A DNA stretch of 64,000 nt from Mobula hypostoma (GCF_963921235.1 NC_086097.1:250978001-251042000), one strand, 5' to 3'. Positions 10,367-23,489 are shown, counted from the stretch's first letter. The notes: a model not told the origin generated them from the sequence alone. Translations and numbers: made by a program.

Positions 10367-13300
10367 TGGCTACGGCGGCTGGCCATCAGGACAGCCTCCT
10401 GTACGTCTGGGACAAGCAGTCGGGATGCCGCTTTTTGGTCGACACCGGAGCGGAGATCAGCGTCTTACCTCTAACGAGTTATGATACCCGCAACAGAGAA
10501 TGAGGACCCACCCTGAGGGCCGCTAATGGCAGCACAATACGAACCTACGGCACCCGCACGGTGCGGCTACAGTTCAGCTCCAGCTGGTTCACGTGGGACT
10601 TCACACTGGCCGCCGTGGCCCAACCACTCCTGGGGGCGGATTTTCTACGAGCCCACAGCCTGTTGGTCGACCTGCAAGGGAAGCGATTAGCCACGCCAAG
10701 ACTTTTCAAACGTTCTCCCTGGGTGAAGCACAGTTGCCAGCCCCACACCTGGACTCCACCACGCTGTCCGACGACGAATTCACCAGGGTCCTGGCGGATT
10801 TCCCATCAGTACTGACACCGCAGTTCACGGCAGCCATGCCCAGACACGGAGTACAGCACCACATCCCGACCCAGGGACCACCCCTCCACGCCCGTGCTCG
10901 AAGGCTTCCCCCGGACAAGCTCCGACTGGCGAAGGAGGAGTTCAAGAAGATGGAGGAATTAGGGATCATATGACGGTCCGACAGCCCATGGGCCTCCCCC
11001 CTTCACATGGTGCCCAAGGCAACGAGGGGCTGGAGACCATGCGGTGACTACCGCAGACTGAACGAGGCTACAACGCCAGACCGCTACCCTGTGCTGCACA
11101 TTCAAGACTTCGCAGCAAACCTACACGGCGCAAGGATCTTTTCCAAGGTAGACCTCGTCCGGGGATACCATCAATTCCCTGTACATCCGGACGACATCCC
11201 CAAAACAGCACTTATCACCCCGTTCGGACTTTTTGAATTCCTCTGAATGCCGTTTGGTCTAAAGAATGCCGCACAGACTTTCCAGCGGCTAATGGATGTG
11301 GTGGGACGCGACCTGGACTTTGCATTCATCTATTTGGACGACATCCTCATAGCCAGCAGTAGTCGACAGGAGCATCTGTCCCACCTCCGCCAGCTCTACT
11401 CCCGCCTGAGTGAATTCGGCCTTACAATCAATCCAGCCAAATGCCAGTTCGGACTCGACACCATCAACTTCCTGGGCCACAGGATTACTAAAGATGGGGC
11501 AACCCCGCTGCCCGCCAAGGTAGACGCGGTCCGCAACTTCCCCCGACCCAACACAATCAAAGGCCTGCAGGAATTCGTGGGTATGGTGAATTTCTACCAC
11601 TGTTTCCTCCCCTCAGCAGCCCAAACCATGCACCCCCGTTCACTCTAATGTCGGGTAAGGGCAAGGACATTACCTGGGACGAAGAGGCCGCAACCGCTTT
11701 CGTTAAAACCAAAGAAGCCTTGGCAAACACCGCGATGCTAGTGCACCCCAGAACAGACGTTCCTACTGCCCTCACGTGGACGCATCCAACACAGCAGTCG
11801 GTGGAGTGCTGGAACAACTCATCGAGGGTTGCTGGCAACCCCTGGCGTTCTTCAGCAAACACCTACGACCACCTGAACTCAAATACAGTGCTTTCGACCA
11901 GGAGCTATTGGCACTATACCTGGCAATCCGGCATTTCAGGTACTTCTTAGAAGGTAGGCCCTTCACTGCGTTCACAGACCACAAACCGCTTACCTTTGCG
12001 TTCACGAAGGTGTCCGACCCCTGGTCGTCCCGCCAGCAGCGACATCTGTCCTACATCTCCGAGTACACGATGGACATCCAGCATGTCTCTGGAAAGGACA
12101 ATGTCGTGGCCGACGCACTTTCCAGACCTACCATACAGGCCCTGTCCCAGGGGGTGGACTATGCAGCACTGGCAGAGGCACAGCAGGCAGACGCTGAGAT
12201 CCCCAGTTACAGGACTGCAGCCTCCGGTTTGCAGCTCCAAGACCTCCCCGTAGGCCCAGGTGAGAGGACCCTACTATGTGACGTAGCTATCGGCCAACCC
12301 CGCCCCGTTGTCCCAGCAGCCTGGCGCCGGCGGGTTTTCGAGTCCATTCACAACTTAGCGCACCCCTCCATCAGGACAACCGTCCTGCTGGTCGCCAACA
12401 GGTTCGTGTGGCACGGACTGCGTAAACAGGTCAGTGAATGGGCCAAAACGTGCATGCAGTGCCAAACGGCCAAGGTGCAGCGGCACACCAAGGCTCCACC
12501 GCAGCGGTTCGAACCCACCCGCCGGAGGTTCGACCACATTCATGTGGATATTGTGGGGCCCCTGCCAGTGTCACGAGGAGCGTGGTACCTCCTAACTATG
12601 ACAGACCGGTTCACCAGATGGCCAGAGGCAGTCCCGCTCACCGACACCACCTCCGAATCCTGCGCCCGAGCACTGATCGCAACCTGGGTAGCACGCTTCG
12701 GGATACCGGCCCACATTACCTCCGACAGGGGCGCCCAGTTCACCTCCAGCCTGTGGTCAGCTATGGCCAACCTTTTAGGATCACAGCTACACCACACAAC
12801 TGCCTATCACCCACAGTCGAACGGACTAGTGGAGCGTTTCCACTGTCACCTGAAATCGGCTCTCATGGCCCGCCTGGAGGGGCCTAACTGGGTGGACGAG
12901 CTTCCCTGGGTCCTGCTCGGAATCCGCACGGTGCCCAAAGAGGATCTGCACACCTCGTCGGCCGAGTTGGTGTACGGCGCATCCCTGGTCATCCCAGGAG
13001 AGTTCATACCAGCCCCAAGGGGCAAGAGGAAGAACCCACAGCAGTCCTGGACAGACTACGGAAGAGGTTCGGTAACCTGCCCCCATCCCCACTTCACAGC
13101 ACGGACAGAGCCCGACCTGCGTACCCAAAGACCTGCAGAACTGTAAGTTTATTTTTGTACGACGGGGCGGACACCGGGCACCGCTACAGCGGCCCTACGA
13201 GGGGCCGTTTAAGGTGATCAGGAACAACGGGTCCACGTTCGTGCTGGACATTGGGGGGAGAGAGAAGGTTTTCACGGTGGACCGACTCAAACCGGCCCAT

Positions 13301-13410
13301 GTGGACTTGGCGCAGCCGGTCCGGGCTCAGGCACCGCGGCGCAGGGGCAGACCTCCCAAACAGAGGCCGATCCAGACTGTGGACATTGGGGGAGGTATCA
13401 CCGGTTCTGG
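10339..13410 (+). pseudogene. pol: Gypsy pol (protease, RT, RNase H, integrase) with stops and frameshifts
   Basis: FLVDTGA protease, YLDD RT, DAS...YSAFDQELLA RNase H, H-X4-H...CMQC and IHVDIVG...SDRG...VERF integrase, GPF motif; in-frame TGA at 10501, 10971 and 11244, plus frameshifts. Confidence 0.93.
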
Positions 13411-13424
13411 GGGGGGAGTGGTTA

Positions 13425-13709
13425 TGTGGCGACCCACTTTCTGGCACACACGAACCGGCTCACAACAGTGCGCACAGGCAGAGGACCGGCCCCAAAAAGA
13501 GCGCCAGGTCATCTTCATCAGCAGGGGGAAAATCCCGCGCACGGAAAGGGTCTGGGAATATGCATTCCCTACAGTAGTCCCGCCCAGGGAGGGCGGGAAT
13601 GGGAAGGCTTTAAAGCAGGCCACAAAGTTTGAATAAATCTCTTTCATCGCAACTCTAACTCACCGACTCCGTGTGGTTATTCTAGCGCTGTGTGTATCAC
13701 ACCGCTACA
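13425..13709 (+). repeat. 3' LTR
   Basis: Direct repeat of 9337-9621, preceded by the G-rich PPT. Confidence 0.97.
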
Positions 13710-13874
13710 CTAGCTTGTCCTATGTCACCAAGTATTCCATCACCTCATCCTTAACAACTGACTCTAATACCTTCCCAACCACTGAGGTCAAGCTAACTCA
13801 TCTATAATTTCCTTTCTGCTGCCTTCCTCCTTTCTTTTAGAGTGGAGTGACATTTGCAATTTTCCAGTCCTTGG

Positions 13875-14610
13875 GAGTTTACATTGACGACGAGGTCAGC
13901 TGCAGGATTGCCAAAGCTAGTGCCAGTTTTGGAAGACTACGTGACACCGTCTAGGGGGCAAAAGGGAATTACTCCGAAGACCAAGCTGAAATTCTAGCGT
14001 GATGTCACCCTACCCACTCTCCTCTACATGTGCGAAACGTAGACTGTGTACACAAGACACGTGCGTAGACTGAACCATGAAAATGGAAGATCATGAAAAC
14101 AAATTGGCAAGACAGAATTCCCGATGCAAAAGTGCCATCTGCAGCGGACATGCCCACATCAAGTCAGATGGGTAGGCCACGCCGTCAGGATGTCAGAGGA
14201 TCACATCCCCAAGCAGTTGTTCTTCGGGGAACCGTCCACAGGAAAGCACTCTCGTGTGGTCAGTGAAAATGATTCAAGGACACACTGAAGACTTTGCTCA
14301 AGGCCTGTGAAATCAATCATACTTTTTGGGAACATGGAGCCTTGAATCACTCATCCTGATGCAGCCTTCTCAATAAAGGTGCCACCAAAGCTGAAAGGAA
14401 TCGCAACGCTGAAGCAAAAAAGGAAACGACAACTGTGGAAACAACAAGCAGCAGGCACCTCAACTACAGAACCCTCACACACTTGTCCCACAGGTGGGAG
14501 GTACTTCCTAGCATGAATCGGACTCATCAGCCACCTCCAGACACACAAATAACAAACATACCCACCCAAGGATGTCAGTGGCCTCATCACTCTCGGGGGA
14601 CACATACACA
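13875..14610 (+). mobile_element. Old RTE-clade LINE 3' fragment
   Basis: IDDEVSCRIAKASASFGRL..., RWVGHAVRM..IPKQLFFGE and a degenerate C-terminal zinc finger, homologous to 54020-54750. Confidence 0.8.
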
Positions 14611-16214
14611 CACCTCCTCCTTAATGGTAGCAATGAGAAAGGGACATGTCCTGGGTGGTGGGGTACTTAAAGATGGATGCTGCCTTTGTGAACCATCACC
14701 ATCTGAAGATGTCCTCAATGGTGGGGAGGCTAGCGCCCATGATGGAGCTCACTGAGTTCACAATTTTCAGCAGCTTTTTCAGATACTGTGGATTGGGGCC
14801 TCCATATCAGACGGTGTTTGTTTTTTTTTGCTTAACACAAATACCGCTTGTTAATAGGAAAGTCTACATGAGGTATTGCTTCAGCAACCACTATCACGCA
14901 GAATGATTCCGAAACATGGAAATTGGGCTTGTACTTTGCTAGAATAATGGATTTTAAGTTAGTAACAGCAATCACTTGAGTTGAGTAGGATGTTCTCCTC
15001 ATGGGTTGTCCATTGATGGGTCTTCAGGTGGCTGTAGAGTCCGACCTGGGATCCACATATTCTGAGGGGCTTCCAATCCTCACAGTCCAGGATGTTAGTG
15101 AGGATTTCCTTAATGGAGAATGCCTGTGTGTGAATTTGTTCAATGTGGGAAGGCTGATGCATGGGCACCCACCAGTCCTTGACAGATCAGGGTCAGGATC
15201 CAGTGGTATGGAATGAAAAATGACTGGGGACCCTTAATTGCTGCAGCCTTCCTTCGCCTTCACTGTGGTCGTGATGTGTCATCATCTTCTGCCAACTCCA
15301 CTGTTGAGGTCTTGTTTGGATTGGTCTTTGTCTGGAACCTCCCCTTGACCTTACATTCCTGGATGGCCCTACATGGAGCTAAGCTCCAGATGGCTTTGTT
15401 CTTGGGATCTCAGGAACTCCCAAGCCTCTCCACTATGACAAGGACACAACAAGGTGGCTCCACCATAAAGGACCCCCATGCCCTCTTCTCATAGCTACCA
15501 TCAAGGAGAAGGTGCCACCAAAGAGCCTGAAGACTCGTACAAATGTTTCAGGAAAAACTTCTTCTCCTTCACCATCAGATTCAGAATAGACAATGAATCC
15601 ATGAATACTACCTCAGTATCCCCCCCTCTTTTTGTACTACGTACTTAATTAATTTTTATATATACATTGTAATTTATAGTTTTTATTATGATATATTACA
15701 TTTTGCTGCTGCAAAATGACAAATTTCACAATATATGCCAATGATATGAAACCTGATTTTGATTCATCGAGATAAACTGATTTGTAACAAACTAATGTTA
15801 TCATCAGGAATGGATTTCAAATTCTCAGCACATTGAGGCTGAGATCAATAGCCAAGATGGAACAATGGCAAGACGTACCACTTCATCGCCAATTGGCCTT
15901 CGGAGGGAGTACCATACAATGTACTTAGATAATTTTCTGACAGCGTTCATAGTCATACTTTATTGATCCCAGGGGAAATTGGTTTTCGTTACAGTTGCAC
16001 CATAAATAATAAATAGTAATAAAACCATAAATAGTTAAATAGTAATATGTAAATTATGCCAGTAAATTATGAAATAAGGCCAGGAGCAGCCTATTGCAAG
16101 GGAGGAGTTGTAAAGTTTGGTGGCCACAGGCAGGAATGACTTCCTATGACGCTCTGTGTTAATTAGATACGAAGCACAATCAGTATCCGTACCACTTGAC
16201 AGTACATTCGGAAA

Positions 16215-16815
16215 GAGATGTACAACCCCACTGAGGCTTCTGTTGATCGGGTCAACCGTGGATATTGTGTCCTAGCTGTCCATATAATACAAGCCAAGAC
16301 AGTACGATCTGGAGACCAAGTTGTTGCCCATGCAGCAGGCTCCTCTTCTCCACATAGCTGATGAATCCAAAGGAATGGCAGAGACTAATAGAGTTTGGCA
16401 CCAGAGGCGTTGCAGGGGTTGAACTCATTGTAGAACTGCCTTAGGGACTCCAGCTCCAGATTTTTCCTCGGAGTTTATTTCCAAAGCCTTCTCATTGAGT
16501 GGGTACAGCTGCAAGGCAGCAGAGGTTTGAAAGCAGAGTTTTCCTTCTCCTATCACAAACAAGAGAAAAGATGAGCTGCCAACCACGGCTGATGAGCCCC
16601 AACTGCCCGAAGCGACCGGTTTTAAGGCTCCAGTAACCCGTTTTTGCCCCTTCTCCTGTCAATAGAAACAATTCTGCTGGGTTTCATAGCTAAGCCACAC
16701 ATGAAGGCCAGGAGCTGGACTTGGTTGTCAGAGACTGTCTGAGGCGTATGCCATTGTGAACATTTAATAGGTAGTGGGAGCTCGTCCCCACTACCACCCC
16801 AGACTATAACAACGT
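16215..16815 (-). mobile_element. Non-autonomous repeat, probably RTE-associated (copies at 33452-34025 and 60560-61110), with a small insertion
   Basis: Shares the 5' hairpin GGTAGTGGG..CCCACTACC and body sequence with the other two copies. Confidence 0.65.
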
Positions 16816-17469
16816 TAAGGAACCACAGAGCCAAAGTCATGTTAAAAAGTCTGAATTTTTCCAAGTGTCTCAGAAAAAAAAGTCAAAGTCTGTCCCAAGC
16901 CTGTGTCTCAGAGAGTAAACATGAACCAATGAATAATCAAATACAAAACTCGCATTCTTATTAAGTGCAATCAAAGAGAACATACAAAAGTACAGAGATG
17001 CACAAACTTTGCTCAGTACAAACATTGTGTGAATTCACTTTCTGTTCTTTACCTACGACATATGGAGAAGCACTGAATAGGTTTAAGTGACAGGATAATG
17101 AATTTACATTTGAAAATAAACAATCAATGCACCTCCCCCTCACCATACACAGCAGCTTCAGGAATCCAGCCAGAATGATACTCTGCCGATCCCCTGCAGA
17201 AATCCATTAACCACCACAAAGGACAAATCATTGCCTCATTCTACTGTGCTTGTCAGTGAATTAGTGGGAATTCCGCAAGAGTATTTCCACGAGTACAATG
17301 GCGGGGTGTGTGTGTGTGTGTGTGTGTGTTAACTTTACACGCTGTGACCACATGGGTTTTCCCAGCTGTTCCAGTTTCCTCAGTAGAGCACTATGTTGGT
17401 ACGATGCTATTACAGATTTGGCTGTCGGATCTAAGACCGTCTGTAAGAAGCTTGCCTGTCCTTCCCATG

Positions 17470-20400
17470 AACAGGGGAAGGAGGAAGGGGAAAACAGAAA
17501 TAAATCTAAGATAGTGAGCAGTACAGATGTCAGGAAAGACAGGCAGGTGATGGGGCAAATGTGTAGCCATTGGGATGAGTTGCAGTGCAATAAAGTTGCA
17601 GTGAAATCAAAGCAAAAAGTATCAAATACTGGTCTTAAGGTGTTGTACTTAAATGCACGCAGCATAAGAAATAAGGTGGATGATCTTGTTGTACAGCTAC
17701 AGATTGGCAGCTATGATATTGTGGCCATCACTGAGACCTGGCTAAAGGATGCATGTCTCTGGGAGCTGAACGTCCAAGGATACACGGTGTATCGGAAGGA
17801 GAGGAAGGTAGGCAGAGGGGGAGGCATGGCTTTATTGGTAAGAAATGATATTAAATCATTAGAAAGAGGTGATATAGGATCGGAAGGTGCAGAATCTTTA
17901 TGGGTTGAGCTAAGGAATAGCAGGGGTAAAAGGACCCTGAAGGCAGTTATTTATAGGCCTCCAAACAGCTGCAGGGATGTGGACTACAAATTACAACTGG
18001 AAATAGAAAAGGCTTGTCAGAAGGGCAGTGTTATGATAATTGTGGGGGATTTTAACATGCGAGTAGATTGGAAAAATCAGGTCGGCACTGGATCTCAAGT
18101 GAGAGAATTTGAAGAATGTCTGCAAGATAGCTTTTTAGAACAGGGGATTAAACTAGGGGATCAGCTGTACTGGATTGGGTATTGTGTAATGAACCGGAGG
18201 TGATTGGAGAGATTGAGGTGAAAGAACCCTTAGGAGGCAGTGATCATAACATGATTGAGTTCACTGTGAAATTAGAAAAAGAGAAGCCGAAATCTGATGT
18301 GTCGGTGTTTCAGTGGAGTAAAGGAAATTACAGTGGCATGAGAGAGGAACTGGCCAAAGTTGACTGGAAAGAGACACTGGCGGGAAAGACGGCAGAGCAG
18401 CAGTGGCTGGAGTTTATGCGAGAAATGGGGAATGTGCAAGACAGGTATATTCCAAAAAAGAAGAAATTTTCGAGTGGAAAAAGGATGCAACCGTGGTTGA
18501 CAAGAGAAGTCAAAGCCAAAGTTAAAGCTAAGGAGAGGGCATACAAGGAAGCAAAAATTAGTGGGAAGACAGAGGATTGGGAAGTCTTTAAAACCTTACA
18601 AAAGGAAACCAAGAAGGTCACTAAGAGAGAAAAGATTAACTATGAAAGGAAACTAGCAAATAATATCAAAGAGGATACTAAAAGCTTTTTCAAGCATATA
18701 AAGAGTAAAAGACAGGTGAGAGTAGATATAAGACCGATAGAAAATGATACTGGAGAAATTGTAATGGGAGATGAGGAGATGGCAGAGGAACTGAACAAGT
18801 ATCTTGCATCAGTCTTCACCGAGGAAGACAGCAGGATACCGGACACTCAAGGGTGGCAGGGAAGAGAAGTGTGCGCAGTCACAATTACAACAGAGAAAGT
18901 ACTCAGGAAGCTGAATAGGCTAAAGGTCGACAAATCTCCTGGACCAGATGGAATGCACCCTCATGTTCTGAAGGAAGTAGCTGTGGAGATTGCGGAGGCA
19001 TTAGCGATGATCTTTCAAAAGTCGATAGATTCTGGCATGGTTCCGGAAGACTGGAAGATTGCAAATGTCACTCCGCTATTTAAGAAGGGGGCAAGGAAGC
19101 AAAAAGGAAATTATAGACCTGTTAGCTTGACGTCGGTGGTTGGGAAGTTGTTGGAGTCGATTGTCAAGGATGAGGTTACAGAATACCTGGAGGCATATGA
19201 CAAGATAGGCAGAACTCAGCATGGATTCCTTAAAGGAAAATCCTGCCTGACAAACCTATTACAATTTTTTGAGGAAATTACCAGTAGGCTAGACAAGGGA
19301 GATGCAGTGGATGTTGTATATTTGGATTTTCAGAAGGCCTTTGACAAGGTGCCACACATGAGGCTACTTAACAAGATAAGAGCCCATGGAATTACAGGAA
19401 AGTTACATTCGTGGATAGAGCGTTGGCTGATTGGCAGGAAACAAAGAGCGGGAATAAAGGGATCCTATTCTGGTTGGCTGCCGGTTACCAGTGGTGTTCC
19501 ACAGGGAACAGTGTTGGGGCCGCTTCTTTTTACATTGTACATCAACGATTTGGATTATGGAATAGATGGCTTTGTGGCTAAGTTTGCTGACGATACGAAG
19601 ATAGGTGGAGGGGCCGGTAGTGCTGAGGAAACGGAGAGTCTGCAGAGAGACTTGGATAGATTGGAAGAATGGGCAGAGAAGTGGCAAATGAAGTACAATG
19701 TTGGAAAGTGTATGGTTATGCACTTTGGCAGAAAAAATAAACGGGCAGACCATTATTTAAATGGGGAAAGAATTCAAAGTTCTTAGATGCAACAGGACTT
19801 GGGAGTCCTCGTACAGGATTCCCTTAAAGTTAACCTCCAGGTTGAGTCGGTAGTGAAGAAGGCGAATGCAATGTTGGCATTCATTTCTAGAGGAATAGAG
19901 TATAGGAGCAGGGATGTGATGTTGAGGCTCTATAAGGCGCTGGTGAGACCTCACTTGGAGTACTGTGGGCAGTTTTGGTCTCCTTATTTAAGAAAGGATG
20001 TGCTGACGTTGGAGAGGGTACAGAGAAGATTCACTAGAATGATTCCGGGAATGAGAGGGTTAACATATGAGGAACGTTTGTCCGCTCTTGGACTGTATTC
20101 CTTGGAGTTTAGAAGAATGAGGGGAGACCTCATAGAAACATTTCGAATGTTAAAAGGCATGGACAGAGTAGATGTGGCAAAGTTGTTTCCCATGATGGGG
20201 GAGTCTAGTACAAGAGGGCATGACTTCAGGATTGAAGGGCACCCTTTCAGAACAGAAATGCGAAAACATTTTTTTTAGTCAGAGGGTGGTGAATCTATGG
20301 AATTTGTTGCCACGGGCAGCAGTGGAGGCCAAGTCATTGGGTGGATTTAAGGCAGAGATTGATAGGTATTTGAGTAGCCAGGGCATCAAAGGTTATGGTG

Positions 20401-20520
20401 AGAAGGCAGGGCAGTGGGACTGAATAGGATAAAATGGATCAGCTCATGATAAAATGGTGGAGCAGACTCGATGGGCTGAATGGCCTACTTCTGCTCCTTT
20501 GTCTTATGGTCTTATGGTCT
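17470..20520 (+). mobile_element. CR1 LINE with near-complete ORF2 (APE endonuclease plus RT), disrupted
   Basis: YLNARSIRNK, ITETWL, GDFN, SDHN, YLDFQKAFDKV, KFADDTK; frameshift ~18140, TAG at 19784, (tcttatgg)n tail. Confidence 0.97.
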
Positions 20521-20524
20521 AACA

Positions 20525-21070
20525 CGTGTGTGCTCTGGGTGCTCCGGGTTCCTCCCAGTCCATGCATACCGGTTAGAAGGTTAATTTGTCACTCTAAATT
20601 GTCCCGTGATTAGACTGGTGTTAAACACGAGGGTTGCTGAGTGGTGTGGCTCACTAGGGCAGAAGGGCCTGTTCCGCAATGTATTTCTGAAAGATATATA
20701 TTCAACCTACCATACAGTAACCCAGCACTCAAAAAGATTCGGCTTGCTTGCCCATAAACCTTTGATTTGCTTCCAACTGGCGGGGTGGCGGGGCGGCTAG
20801 GTTTCATAGCGGTCAGCACGATCACTTTACAGAGCCAGCGATCAGTGCCTGTGAGGAGTTTGTACGTTCCCCCTGTGACCACATGATTCTCCTCTCAGTG
20901 TTCCAGTTTCCTCCCACATTACAAAGATTGGCGGGTTGGCATTAGTAAGTTGTGGGCACGCTAGTTGGCCCGAGCGACACTTGTGGGCTGCCCCCAGCAC
21001 AGTCCTCAGTCGTTGACACAAATGATGCGTTTCACTGTGTTTTCATGTTTTGATGTATGTGTGACAAATA
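20525..21070 (+). mobile_element. Two V-SINE/HE1-like SINE fragments
   Basis: gggtgctccgg(g/t)ttcctccca V-domain-like motif; similar copies at ~28915, ~55070 and (minus strand) ~51750, ~5410, ~2380. Confidence 0.6.
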
Positions 21071-21321
21071 TTTGTATTTGTTATGTATTTGTATTCAGGA
21101 ATAAGAAAAATTCCAACACATGTTGCAGTTAGAGGTCTTGGAGATGGGATTTTCGGTGCTTAATTTTCCTAACTGGTGTCTTAGATTTAGTTATTGATCG
21201 TAATTTATGCAATAGTGTCCGATGCGTAATTAAGTTAAAAATAAAGATGTACGAGCAATGAAGAGGGAAATGTTGCCAAACACTAAAATTGTATATAAAA
21301 TTGTTTTGTATACATGTATGT

Positions 21322-21632
21322 GCGAGCACATGGCCAAGTGGTTAAGGCATTGGACTAGCGACCTGAAGGTCGTGAGTTCGAGCCCCAGCTGGGGCAACGT
21401 GTTGTGTCCTTGAGTAAGGCACTTAATCACACATTGCTCTGCGACGACACTGGTGCCAAACTGTATGGGTCCTAATGCCCTTCCCTTGGACAACATCGGA
21501 GTCGTGGAGAGGGGAGACTTGCAGCATGGACAACTGCTGGTCTTCCATACAACCTTGCCCAGGCCTGCGCCCTGGAGAGTGAAGACTTTCCAGGCGCAGA
21601 TCCATGGTCTTGCAGACTAACGGATGCCTTTA
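21322..21632 (+). mobile_element. tRNA-derived SINE with 12-bp TSD
   Basis: A box TGGCCAAGTGG, B box GAGTTCGAGCC; TSD ATACATGTATGT at 21310-21321 and 21633-21644; 3' part shared with 33835-34025. Confidence 0.88.
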
Positions 21633-21649
21633 ATACATGTATGTACAGT

Positions 21650-22590
21650 CAGCTACATAATCAGATCAGAGTGTATTGATAAATCTGATGGCCTGGTGAA
21701 AGAAGCTGTCCAGGAACCAGCTGGTCCTGGCTTTAATGCTGCGGTACCATTTGCCAGACGGAAGCAGCTGAAACAGTTTCTCGTCGGGGTGACTGGAGTT
21801 TCAGATGATTCTCTGGGCCCTGTTTACAGCCTTGCTGCTATAAATGTCCTGAACAGAGGAAAGTTCACAACCACAGATGCGTTGGGCTCTCCACTCTCTG
21901 CAATTGAGGGTAGTACTGTTCCTGTACCAGGAGTGACACAGCCAGTCAGGGTGATCTCAATGGTGCCCCTGTACAAAGTCCTGAGGATCTGGAGACTCAT
22001 GCAAAACTTTTTCAGTCGCCTGAGGTGAAAGAAGCTCTGTTGTGCTTTTTGCCCGACAGCCGGTGTGTACAGGTGAGAACCTTGGTGATGTGTATACTGA
22101 GGAACGTGAAAATACTCACCCTCTCAACTACAATCCCATTGATGTTAATAGGAGCTAGCCTGTTAATCCACGATCAACTCCTTTGTTTTTTTCAACATTG
22201 AGGGAGAGGTTGTTTTCTTGGCACCACTGTGTCAGGGCGTTAACTTCTGCTCTGTAGGCTGTCGCATCATTGTTGGAAATAAGGCACATCAATGTCATGT
22301 CGTCTGCAAATTTGATCAGCAGATTGGAGCTGTGCGAGGCAACACGGTCATGGGTGTATAGGAAGTAGAGAAGGGGGCCCATAACACAGCCTTGGGGGGC
22401 TTCTGTGTTGAGGGTCAGAAGGGCAGAGGTGAGAGGGCAATCCTTACCACCTGCCAGCCATGCGATAGGAAGTCCAGGATCCAGCTGCACAAGGTGGGGT
22501 GAAGGCCGAGGTCTCTGAGCTTCTTGCTGAGCCTGAGGGGAATAATGGTGTTGAATGCTGAACTGTGTCACTTAAGCATTCTAACATAAG
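21650..22590 (-). mobile_element. Rex1/Babar LINE fragment
   Basis: APQGCVMGPLLYFLYTHD...KFADDMTL...WCQENNLSLNV RT motifs. Confidence 0.85.
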
Positions 22591-22809
22591 CAAATAAAGC
22601 TAGTCTTTATTTTTAACTTAATTACGCATCAGACACTATTGCATAAATTACGATCAATAACTAAATCTAAGACACTAGATAGAAAAATTAAGCACAGAAA
22701 ATCCCATCTCCAAGACCTCCAGCTACAGCATGTGTTGGAATTTTTCTTATTCCTGAATAAAGTTGACCATTTTTATATATTACTTAATTTGCATCTCCAC
22801 CACGATAAA

Positions 22810-23240
22810 GCAACACCAACTCCGATGGAGAGGTCATGTTATCCGGGTGTGTAACTCATGTCTCCCCAAATGGATCCTTTACTCCCAGGTGAAGGGATGT
22901 CAGCAAGCCCCTGGTGGGCAAAGGAAACACTTCACAAATAACATCAAGATCAGCATGAAGAAACTCAACACTACATCTAACAGCTGGGCAGACATTACAC
23001 TCCATAAATACATCTGGAGGAAATCTGTGCTACATGAGGACGACTCCAAACGAGCAGCAGCCTCAGAAGGAGACTAAACAACCAAAAGACCCAGCAACTA
23101 ACCACGGCCACCACTTCATCTTGCCCACCCTGCACCAGAATATGTGGATCCCGGATCAACCTCTACAGACCCCAGAGGACGCACCAGTAGACAACCCCTT
23201 TGGAGAACTTCATACTCGACACGAGTGATCGTACTACTAC
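22810..23240 (+). mobile_element. RTE LINE 3' fragment
   Basis: QLRWRGHVIRV...LPKWILYSQV...GGQRKHF; (act)n tail. Confidence 0.75.
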
Positions 23241-23489
23241 TACCAATTTGAATATTTGAAACAAAGATGTCAGTTAGAGTTTGAAAAGAAAAAAATGAAA
23301 CAAAAGCATTTTTAAAATGTTGACAAAGTAATCCCAAAACTATATCCAATGTTTCAGATCCTAGAAATCCATTCAGCCGATTTACACCACATGCATATTT
23401 CACAGCACCAGCATATTCAGAGCTCTTTCAAAGGTGTAGTTGACACTCCACTTTTCTACTTGCACATCTCAGTTGTATAAGAAATTGCT

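Larger units (their letters stand above)
9337..13709 (+). mobile_element. Full-length Gypsy/Ty3 LTR retrotransposon, CsRn1/Kabuki/Boudicca-like clade, inactivated
   Basis: Two 285-bp TG...CA LTRs, PBS TGGTGACCCCGACG, polypurine tract before the 3' LTR, imperfect 4-bp TSD (CTAT/CTAG), domain order gag-PR-RT-RH-INT. Confidence 0.97.
21092..22759. repeat. ~155-bp inverted repeat pair (21092-21247 and 22604-22759)
   Basis: tattcaggaataagaaaaattccaacacatg...aagttaaaaataaaga is the reverse complement of tctttatttttaactt...tttttcttattcctgaata with scattered mismatches. Confidence 0.92.

Noticed and set aside
16585..16620. CTGATGA...GAAG as a hammerhead ribozyme
   Set aside because: No stem II pairing and GAAA is absent.
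21322..21400. tRNA gene
   Set aside because: A and B boxes are present, but it continues into a SINE body flanked by a TSD.
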